From Leptolyngbyaceae cyanobacterium (GTDB taxonomy: Bacteria; Cyanobacteriota; Cyanobacteriia; Phormidesmidales; Phormidesmidaceae): a stretch of DNA of 64,000 nucleotides. Positions 22,462-30,639 of this stretch are shown here, piece after piece. Position 1 is the first letter of the stretch, and every line of letters begins with the position of its first letter. Below the pieces are notes generated by a model, which did not search any database, was not told where the DNA came from, and saw only the letters and a program-made list of their open reading frames with translations. The DNA is taken from positions 736,001 to 800,000 of the forward strand of contig CBDHHL010000032.1 in NCBI GenBank assembly GCA_965263355.1. The letters are read 5' to 3'. A program made the translations under genes and the position numbers.

Positions 22462-24714
22462 TTATTTCTTAAGTTCTTCACCTATGGCCATTGTTGCGAC
22501 AGAGTTGGCCATCGCCCCCAATGCACTGGCCCTGTACAGAGACCCATCAATAGTCCTTGAAATCTCAATGAAATCCCTTACCAAGGGTCGAACTATACTC
22601 TCATCCGATAGTCGCTTAGACGCTGATGCAATGACCTGTAATCCAGCTCCCTTCGTGTGGCCATGCTGCATTCCTTCAGTGATAGTTAACCACTGACCCA
22701 ACCACGCTTGCACCGCTGTTTCATCCGAAAACATGTCAATTACGGCTTGCATAAGGGGCATAGTGGCTATTCTGAAATCTTCATTTTCAATGGTTTCACC
22801 TGCGGCTAAGGCACGATTTAACCAGTCCTTGGCAACGGCTTCATCGGATAGGGTGGCGTAGATTTTTGCGATCGCAATCGATATATCCGCCTTAAAAATA
22901 GGATCCTGAGAGCGGTTGGACATCACCAGTAGCTGATCTAACAGAGTATTGATGGCGTTCTTATCCGAAAGATTAATTATCATGCGGGAAACACTATCAA
23001 AGAATCCCAGGCCTCCAAGCTCTTTTTCAAAACCCTGGGCATGGGTCAACACCTGTTGCAAAAAAGCTGTTGTGGCCGCCTCGTCAGATATTGCCCCAGG
23101 CTCTAACATTATAGAATCCAAAAGACGCAAAGTATTATTTAGAACAGCCGGTTTTTCTGACCTGTTCTGAATGGCATCAGATGTGGCTAACGCCTTTTCC
23201 AACAACGGATACATCAAGACTTCATGTTGCTGACCGACACTCCTGACAAGGTCAAACAATAGATAACTCAACAGCTTCTGGTCATCCATACGCTCAAGCT
23301 TTGTCAAAAACTGTTCAATTAGTTGCTGCCCCGCAGCTTGATCCGGTAACATGGCAGAAACTGTTATAAAATTGATAGCTGCCTGTTTATCGCCATAGTC
23401 ATACTGCTGTGCATCCACCATGGTCAGTGCCTGGTTTAAGAGAGTTTTAGCCGTTGTCTCATCGGATAGCTTACTATGGCCTCCAGCAATAATAACTAAA
23501 GCCTGGGCTCTAGCCCAGCCGTCTGGGAGTTTGTTAGCCATGGTCATCGCCTGATTCAAGGTTTCCCTACTGGCCGTCTCATCATCCGGTGTTACGGCTG
23601 CTTCTATGGCAGCAATTAACAGCCTGGGCCGATATTCAGCCACCTGGGCCGTCTCAACAGTCTGAAAAATAAGTGTTAAGACTTCCTGGGAGCGACTTTT
23701 ATCAGATAGCTGTCTGTACTGATTTATCATCGCACCTAAAATAAAGACCTTTGATTCGACATTCGGTACTGTCTTTACAGACTTTAGGGACTGTTGCACA
23801 ATATCTTGCACTATTGTTGACTGGTCTAATCGATCTGCCAGGGACATTGCCTTAGTCAACACATAGAGCCTATTAACGTTATCCTGAAACGTATCAGCAA
23901 ATGCTAATACCTGATTGAGTAAGGCGTCATCCAGGGCTGCATCTGGCAATTGGCCTATCACGGAGAAATGATTTAATGAAGAAAACGGATCTAGCTTAGT
24001 ATCGTCAGTCTCAAGGGCACTGGCCACCACAAGCGATTGATTGAGCAGTTTCACTGCCCTGGCAGCATCTGAACGTTGGGCGTAAAATTGAGCAAAGGTC
24101 AATAATTCCTTGGACTGCGCTTCCCCCATTGGTCTATCAGTAGCTATTTGTATGGCTTGCTCAACCAGGTCATCGACCATAGTCTTATCTGAGAGCACAT
24201 CATCAGCTGCAAAGATAAGGTTACCCAACAGATAAATACGATCAAAATCATCTTCAATGGCAGTAACAATATCCAGAGCCTGGCTCAGAAGCTGAGCCGC
24301 CATGGCTTCATCTGACAGCAAGTTTACGTACCTTAAAATCTTATCTAAGGTGTTAATGTCAGAGGTTTTATCAACTTTTTCTATTGCCTCATGTAGCAAA
24401 GCAGTAACAGTGGCTTCATCGGATAGTCGACTGTAGCCTTGTGCAATTTCAACCAAGGCAATGGCTTGTTGGTCCTTGCCCGGAATCTCAGTGGCAGCAA
24501 CTCGAAGCTGACCCAACAGGTCCTTAGCCACAGCTGGGTCCAAGCGTTCTTCCTGTTTTAGGACGTTTTGATTATTTTCTGTGCTCTGCTGAACTGTTTC
24601 AATTTGAGCCCAGTTTGCTGGTATCGCATATAGACAACCATTTCCACCTATCACCAGCGACGCCAGTAGCACCAGGATAGGCCCTAAATTCTTCTGTTGT
24701 TTATTTTGTCTCAT
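22462..24714 (-). CDS. secreted TPR-like alpha-solenoid repeat protein, paralogue 2
   Basis: Same signal peptide, repeat pattern and C-terminus (SVATMAIGEE) as its neighbours. Confidence 0.75.
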   Translation of the reverse strand: MRQNKQQKNLGPILVLLASLVIGGNGCLYAIPANWAQIETVQQSTENNQNVLKQEERLDPAVAKDLLGQLRVAATEIPGKDQQAIALVEIAQGYSRLSDEATVTALLHEAIEKVDKTSDINTLDKILRYVNLLSDEAMAAQLLSQALDIVTAIEDDFDRIYLLGNLIFAADDVLSDKTMVDDLVEQAIQIATDRPMGEAQSKELLTFAQFYAQRSDAARAVKLLNQSLVVASALETDDTKLDPFSSLNHFSVIGQLPDAALDDALLNQVLAFADTFQDNVNRLYVLTKAMSLADRLDQSTIVQDIVQQSLKSVKTVPNVESKVFILGAMINQYRQLSDKSRSQEVLTLIFQTVETAQVAEYRPRLLIAAIEAAVTPDDETASRETLNQAMTMANKLPDGWARAQALVIIAGGHSKLSDETTAKTLLNQALTMVDAQQYDYGDKQAAINFITVSAMLPDQAAGQQLIEQFLTKLERMDDQKLLSYLLFDLVRSVGQQHEVLMYPLLEKALATSDAIQNRSEKPAVLNNTLRLLDSIMLEPGAISDEAATTAFLQQVLTHAQGFEKELGGLGFFDSVSRMIINLSDKNAINTLLDQLLVMSNRSQDPIFKADISIAIAKIYATLSDEAVAKDWLNRALAAGETIENEDFRIATMPLMQAVIDMFSDETAVQAWLGQWLTITEGMQHGHTKGAGLQVIASASKRLSDESIVRPLVRDFIEISRTIDGSLYRASALGAMANSVATMAIGEELKK

Positions 24715-24763
24715 TAGTCATTCCTTAAAGGGATAGCCCCTACGAGGTTACCTGGGTTGTTTG

Positions 24764-27022
24764 CTAATTTTCTTCGCCTACGGCCATCGTTGCGACAGAG
24801 TTGGCCATCGCACCCAATGCATCGGCTGTATACAGCTCGTACTCGATAGTTCTTGAGATTTTAATCACATCCCTTACCAATGGCCGAATCACACTCTCAT
24901 CTGATAAATTATTGGAGGCTGAAGCGATAATATTTAACCCAGAGCCCTTAATGTTGCTGTGGTGCATTCCCTCAGTGAGAGTTAACCACTGACTCAGCCA
25001 AGCCTGTACAGCTGTGTCATCTGACAACAGGTCCGTCACCGCTGCCATGCGGGCTATGGTAGTCATTCTGCCACCTTCTGAGTCAATGCGTTGACCTGCG
25101 GCTAAGGCACGATTTAACCAGTCCTTGGCAGCCGCTTCATCGGATAGGGCTGTGTAGATTTTTGCGATCGCAATCGCCACATTCATCTCAAAACCAGGAT
25201 CCTGAGACCGACTAGACAACACCAACAACTGATCTAACAGAGTATTTATATGATTCTCATCCGAGAGCTTAACCACTACGTGGGAAAAACTCTCAAAAAA
25301 TCCTGTACTGCCAATCTCTGCTTCAAAGCCTTGGGTATAGGTCAACACTTGTTGCAAGAGGGCTGTTGTTGCTGTCTCATCAGATACGGTTCCAGTATCC
25401 AACATCATAAAACTCAGTTGACGCAAAGTCCTATGCAGAATATTCGTTTTTACCGACTGCTTCTGAATTGTCTCAAAGGTAGCTAATGCCTTTTCTAACA
25501 GCAAATACGTCATGGCTTCATCCGGCTGAGGAGAGTTATTAGCTAGGCTAAATAATAAAGATGCCAATAACTCTTTGTCATACATCTGCTTAAGCATGGT
25601 CAAACATTGATTAATCAGTTTCTGACCCATAGCCCTATCCGACAACATGCCAGAAACTGTCATAAAATCGATGACCGCCTGTTGATGTCCATAGTCATAC
25701 TTTTGGACATCAACCATGGTCAATGCCTGGTTTAAGAGAGTTTCAGCCGTTGCTTCATCGGCTAGCTGGTCATAGCCCCAAGCAATGGTAATTAACCCAT
25801 GGGCTCTAGTCCAGCCCTCTGGTAGCTGGTTGGCGATAGCCATCGCCTGGCTCAAGTTTTGTCTACTGGCGGCCTCATCAGCAGGTGTTACTGCCACTCC
25901 TACAGCAGCAAGTAGTAAACTGAGTCGATGCTCAGATACCTGAATCGTTTCAACAACCTGAAAGATTTGCGTTAAAACATCCTGGGAACGACTTTCATCG
26001 GATAGCTGCCCATAGCGGTTGATAATCTCGCCTAAGGCACTAACCTTTGACCAGGCTTCTGAGAGTGTTTTTGTAGATTCTATGTATTCGTATAACATAA
26101 CCTCCACCTTTTCTGAGTGCCCCAATCGATCCGCCAAAGAGATTCCACTAGTCAGAAAATAGATCCGATAGTTCTCATCCTGGATCGTATTGCTAACTGT
26201 TAATAATTGATTTAATAAAGCCTCATCAAGAATTGCATCTGGCAGTCTTTCCACCAAATCAAAATGTTCTAACAACACACTTATCTTGGCGTCATCCTCT
26301 TCAAGGGTATCGGCTACGACAAGGGACTGTTTTAGCAGCTTGACCGCCATACTATAATCTGAACGGTTTTCGTAAAAATTAGCAAAGATCAACAATTCAT
26401 TTGACTTTGCTTTCCCTATGGGCCTGTTAGCCGATAATTGCATGGTTCGACCAACCAGGTCATCGACCATAGCCTTATCTGAGAGCCTATCATCAGCTGT
26501 AAATAGAAGGTGAGCCAACAGAAAGGCGCGGTCAAAATCATCTTCAATGGCAATCACACTATCAAGGGTTTGGTTCAGAAGTTGGGCCACCACGGCTTTA
26601 TCTGAAAGCAAGTCCATATAGCTTAAAATTCTGCCTATGGCGCTAGTCCCTGAGGTTTTGTCGATCGTTGCCATGGCCTCATGGAACAAAGCGGTGACAG
26701 TGGCCTCATCGGATAGTCGGCTATAGCTACGGGCAATTTCAACCAAGGCAATCGCTTGCTGGTCCTTGTCCTGAATCTCATTGGCAGCCGTTCGAAGCTG
26801 ATCCAACAGTTCCTTCGCCACTGCTGGATCTAAATGTTCTCTCTGTTTTGGGGCATTTTTATCATTCTCTGGGTGCTGTTGAGATATGTCTGATTGAGCC
26901 CAACTGGCTGGCACTGCATATAGCCAACTATTTCCACCTGCCACTAACGATGTCAGTAAAGTCAAGGACAACGTCAATAGTTTAAGGGCCGCACCCACAC
27001 TCTGCTGCTGATTTGATTTCAT
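24764..27022 (-). CDS. secreted TPR-like alpha-solenoid repeat protein, paralogue 3
   Basis: Collinear with paralogue 2 (LDPAVAK.LL.QLR, KDQQAIALVEIA, IEDDFDR, SVATMAVGEE). Confidence 0.75.
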   Translation of the reverse strand: MKSNQQQSVGAALKLLTLSLTLLTSLVAGGNSWLYAVPASWAQSDISQQHPENDKNAPKQREHLDPAVAKELLDQLRTAANEIQDKDQQAIALVEIARSYSRLSDEATVTALFHEAMATIDKTSGTSAIGRILSYMDLLSDKAVVAQLLNQTLDSVIAIEDDFDRAFLLAHLLFTADDRLSDKAMVDDLVGRTMQLSANRPIGKAKSNELLIFANFYENRSDYSMAVKLLKQSLVVADTLEEDDAKISVLLEHFDLVERLPDAILDEALLNQLLTVSNTIQDENYRIYFLTSGISLADRLGHSEKVEVMLYEYIESTKTLSEAWSKVSALGEIINRYGQLSDESRSQDVLTQIFQVVETIQVSEHRLSLLLAAVGVAVTPADEAASRQNLSQAMAIANQLPEGWTRAHGLITIAWGYDQLADEATAETLLNQALTMVDVQKYDYGHQQAVIDFMTVSGMLSDRAMGQKLINQCLTMLKQMYDKELLASLLFSLANNSPQPDEAMTYLLLEKALATFETIQKQSVKTNILHRTLRQLSFMMLDTGTVSDETATTALLQQVLTYTQGFEAEIGSTGFFESFSHVVVKLSDENHINTLLDQLLVLSSRSQDPGFEMNVAIAIAKIYTALSDEAAAKDWLNRALAAGQRIDSEGGRMTTIARMAAVTDLLSDDTAVQAWLSQWLTLTEGMHHSNIKGSGLNIIASASNNLSDESVIRPLVRDVIKISRTIEYELYTADALGAMANSVATMAVGEEN

Positions 27023-27175
27023 AGCTTACTCCTCTCAATGCCCCAATCAGGGAACTCACTGAGGAATGATTCAGAATAAATGGCGAATATTCCGTCTAAG
27101 CTAATGAAAATCAACGATTATAAGGCCTAACTTCATCAAGCCTTTGCAAAAGAGTTGAATTGCAGGAACGAACAG

Positions 27176-27451
27176 CTATTCTACTTCATCCTTAGCCTGC
27201 CTTTGAGTTGATTGCATCGCTAAACTTAACTCCTTTAAATCAGTCAAGTTATAAAGCTCTAGCAACTTCTTAGTTTGAGCTGGTGTTAAAACGGGTAAAC
27301 CTTTAGCGGCTTCCCAGTTTCTAATCTGTTTACTCGTGATTTTTTGAGCCGATTGCTCTTTACTTAAACCACTGTTGAGAGCAGCAACAACTTGATCAAA
27401 TGTCAGATTGACCGACTTACGGAGCTGCCTTAAATCTGTACCTGGCTGCAT
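27176..27451 (-). CDS. XRE-family helix-turn-helix regulator
   Basis: LRQLRKSVNLTFDQV...IRNWEAAKGLPVLTPAQTKKLLELY. Confidence 0.8.
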   Translation of the reverse strand: MQPGTDLRQLRKSVNLTFDQVVAALNSGLSKEQSAQKITSKQIRNWEAAKGLPVLTPAQTKKLLELYNLTDLKELSLAMQSTQRQAKDEVE

Positions 27452-27519
27452 AGTTTAATGTATTTCCTGTATTTTGTGTTCTATACCACTAAGCGATGCG
27501 TTTACAACCAATCATTCCC

Positions 27520-27735
27520 TTAGTCATCTCCAGCGGCAGACTTGGTAACGGCCTCCACCAATTGCTCCAAAGTCGCATCATATAGTTCAAGCAAATCAAG
27601 CATTTGCTGAGGGTTACGGGTGGGTAACTTTTCCCCAGTTTCCCAGGCTTCAATCAACGACTCCTCAAGACCAAGACGAGATGCTATATCTTCTACGCTC
27701 AGCTCTTGCTTTTCCCTTAATTCCGTGAGATTCAT
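27520..27735 (-). CDS. XRE-family helix-turn-helix regulator
   Basis: LTELREKQELSVEDIASRLGL...IEAWETGEKLP...LLELYDATLEQL. Confidence 0.85.
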   Translation of the reverse strand: MNLTELREKQELSVEDIASRLGLEESLIEAWETGEKLPTRNPQQMLDLLELYDATLEQLVEAVTKSAAGDD

Positions 27736-27842
27736 ACGTTACTTTTAGAATCCTAACCATTAGTGTGCCAATTATAGTTAGAGTAATCAACATATTTAAC
27801 ATCTGTGTGTATTGTTTATTCTTTTTTAGCTAAATAAGTAAT

Positions 27843-29918
27843 TCAGGTTTTGCTTCCCATCTCCATAGGTTCCACAGTACTCAGCAATCCTAACAATGGC
27901 CCCATTTGTTCTTGACCATTGAGCGCCAGTTCGCTATGACAGAGATAAAGTCTCTCAGTTGTTCGGCCTAGCAAATCTCGCAAAATTCTCTCCAAGCGAG
28001 CCTCATGCATGGTTTCTGTATCAGTAGCAGTCACTGGTCTCTCGGGCCAGTTGCTGAGAAAAATCTCCGCCCCAAACAGTTCATCACGTCCTGTTAACCA
28101 ACGAGGAGAGCCGGCATCCAGCCAGAACTGCCATCTGTGAGTGAGTCGCTGAGCCCGATACTGAAACACAGTGGCCAACGTCACCCCCTGACGTTCTCCA
28201 TCCAGGGGCCTCGCAGGATAAGGATTAGCCGATACCGTACCCCGCTGCAGCAAACGAATAAATCTGCCCACATCACTGAGGGAATCTTCCCCTGGCATCC
28301 CCCCATAGAGCGCCAATCGCTGTTCCACGTCCCAAAAATACTGGGCGGTCTCCATCAGTTCTCGCAATGCAGACAATTGATCGGTGGGGAGATAATTGCC
28401 ACGCCATAAAAAGTCTTGCACCGCACGATCCAGCACAATGATCGGACTAGCCGGGTAACGCTGCTGTTGTTGTTTCTTTTGTTCGCTAAGCCAGTCCAAA
28501 ATGCGATTGTAGGCGGCTGTGGCCTGATGACCCAGGCGATCCCAACGGGGGAACGTTTCCACTGGCAACAGTCGAGGATGCTCGATATCAGGCACAAAGC
28601 AATGGTCGGCAATCAGCTCAGCCCTTACTGGGTCAATACGGGTCAGATCAAACCAGGGCAAACTGGCCTCGGTTTCTGGATTTTGACTCAGGACCACCAG
28701 CATTTCAGCCACTGCGTCGCGATTTACTAATCGGCCTAACCCTGGATAAATCAGAGTTAATAGCGCGAGTAACGCTCGCACGAAGGGTGAACTAATCAGG
28801 GGACGCTGATCTTTGAGGGAGGCGACAACGATACCCTGGTTGCTTAAAATTTCAATCAGGCTGTAGCGGGCAATAGCATCTAAGCCAGGGCCAATCACGG
28901 CAATATCTGCCGGGGTAATTACTTCACGGTGGATGGCATCGGCAATAAAATCGGCGGTTTGTCGCAACATTTTGCCACGGGTAGTGGCCGTGATTAACTG
29001 GACTGACTCGGGTAATTCTGGCACGGCTAACGGGTCTTGGACCCAATGCACCACATCATCGGCCATGGTATGGCCTAAGCTATCAGCGTCGAAATGGGGC
29101 AATTGCACTCGCTTGCACCCTTCTGCCAATGTCAGGGTAGCGAGTGGATCAGCGCCTACACCCAGACGAACCTGACCACTAGGGTTATAGGTAAAGGCTT
29201 GGGGGCGACCTGCAGCTTTAAAAACTTGGAAGAGAGGGGTTGCGATCGCACTATACTCATCCACATCATCTGCCGCTGTCCCTGCAAATCGGTCCAGCAG
29301 CTGCGTTTGATACTGGGGCAAGGGTAGCAAATACCGCCAATAAAGCTCCGTCATCAACCCATAGGTCAGCAAGCCCCGCTCCAGGCACCAGGCTCGCCAC
29401 TGCAGTAGTGCTGCTCCCATAGCGTCCCAGGTATCCACTGGCACCAAGTTAGGCATCATTCCCTGCCGCAACCGCTGAGTAATCTCTTCAGTAGGAATAC
29501 CTGCAGAGGCCGCCAACTGTAGCAAATCTAAGGCTCGTCGCACGGTTTGAGACTCTGGCCAACCTTCTACCTGCAACTCTCCCGCCAACAGGGGTTCCCA
29601 TAACTGCAGCGCTAGAAGCTGTTCATTTTCCGGTCGCAATTTGAGGGCAAACTGAGCCCTAAGCTCAAGCAGCTCCACCAGTAAAGGCCAGTAAAGGATA
29701 ACCTCACTCTGAATAAATCCTGCTGGCGTCGTTGTACTGTAAGGCAACCGATCTTGAACTGTGGCAGCCAGACGTTGAGCCAGAACCATACGGTTATCAC
29801 CATTGGCCGCAAATACAAGCCAAGGACGCTCAGCCTCAGCTATCTGATGAAGCAGCCAAGTGATCAACCGTTCAGTTTTACCACTGCGGGTAGGCCCTGT
29901 AATCCACATCAACATCAT
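27843..29918 (-). CDS. conserved cyanobacterial UvrD/AddB-like P-loop protein (degenerate SF1 helicase fold)
   Basis: N-terminal Walker A GPTRSGKT, DDVDEY, DIAVI, RTTERLYLCHS. ATG at 29918 is preferred over 29942. Confidence 0.65.
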   Translation of the reverse strand: MMLMWITGPTRSGKTERLITWLLHQIAEAERPWLVFAANGDNRMVLAQRLAATVQDRLPYSTTTPAGFIQSEVILYWPLLVELLELRAQFALKLRPENEQLLALQLWEPLLAGELQVEGWPESQTVRRALDLLQLAASAGIPTEEITQRLRQGMMPNLVPVDTWDAMGAALLQWRAWCLERGLLTYGLMTELYWRYLLPLPQYQTQLLDRFAGTAADDVDEYSAIATPLFQVFKAAGRPQAFTYNPSGQVRLGVGADPLATLTLAEGCKRVQLPHFDADSLGHTMADDVVHWVQDPLAVPELPESVQLITATTRGKMLRQTADFIADAIHREVITPADIAVIGPGLDAIARYSLIEILSNQGIVVASLKDQRPLISSPFVRALLALLTLIYPGLGRLVNRDAVAEMLVVLSQNPETEASLPWFDLTRIDPVRAELIADHCFVPDIEHPRLLPVETFPRWDRLGHQATAAYNRILDWLSEQKKQQQQRYPASPIIVLDRAVQDFLWRGNYLPTDQLSALRELMETAQYFWDVEQRLALYGGMPGEDSLSDVGRFIRLLQRGTVSANPYPARPLDGERQGVTLATVFQYRAQRLTHRWQFWLDAGSPRWLTGRDELFGAEIFLSNWPERPVTATDTETMHEARLERILRDLLGRTTERLYLCHSELALNGQEQMGPLLGLLSTVEPMEMGSKT

Positions 29919-29940
29919 AAATAACCCATCAATAAATACC

Positions 29941-29966
29941 AAAAAAGGCTCATCATTGATGAGCCC
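29941..29966 (-). terminator. intrinsic terminator downstream of psb34
   Basis: Minus strand GGCTCATC-AAT-GATGAGCC followed by TTTTTT. Confidence 0.7.
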
Positions 29967-30030
29967 CTCTCACATATGGCTAAAAGCTAAAGATGGCTAT
30001 TAGACAAATCCTATTATCAAATACCAGACT

Positions 30031-30201
30031 CTAGGAAATGACGGTGGTCAGGGCAATCAAACCAACCACAAGGGCAGCTCCCAAAGATCCCAAAATAATA
30101 TAGTTGCGCTTCTCACTAGCCGTTGGAGGCTCAGCTTCATACATCTTAGGCTCAGAAGCATAGTTATTGAGGCGTCCACCCTCTTCAGTGGTGTATGGCA
30201 T
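30031..30201 (-). CDS. psb34: photosystem II assembly protein Psb34 (Ssl1498 family), 56 aa; not in ORF track
   Basis: Manual translation: MPYTTEEGGRLNNYASEPKMYEAEPPTASEKRNYIILGSLGAALVVGLIALTTVIS*. Confidence 0.9.
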   Translation of the reverse strand: MPYTTEEGGRLNNYASEPKMYEAEPPTASEKRNYIILGSLGAALVVGLIALTTVIS

Positions 30202-30537
30202 AGGTATCAACTCTTGCAGTACGTGTATTTATATTATTTTACTTTAGCAAAATTTGATGTAGTTTTTTGTCGAATTTTACATATTTTGCAATATTTCTTC
30301 GCTACACCTTTTGTTTCGGTTCAATGTTGGTCAGCGCGGGAAAAAAAATAGGAGTTTTAGCAGGTGGCTCTGTTTCCCTGAAATATGCAAAGCAGTTAAC
30401 TTTTTGAGTTCACAAACCTAACCCTACAGAGTTATACGCAAGCCTATATGAAGTTATTGTCAGTGGCCCTAACCATAATCTGGGCATACTGACTTGTACG
30501 ACATAAGTTATTGATTGGGGTCAAAGAATTTCCCAGT

Positions 30538-30610
30538 TAAACCACGTTCAAGTTGAAACCTGTAGGGTCTTCTAGGTCAAAACGACCGTTCTGGACGTGG
30601 ACAAGGTTTA
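30538..30610. repeat. 73-bp MITE-like dispersed repeat, copy A
   Basis: Ungapped 59/73 identity with 58409..58481. TAAACC/GGTTTA termini. Confidence 0.7.
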
Positions 30611-30639
30611 TTTTGATCGATGGTGTAGCTGAGTTACTT

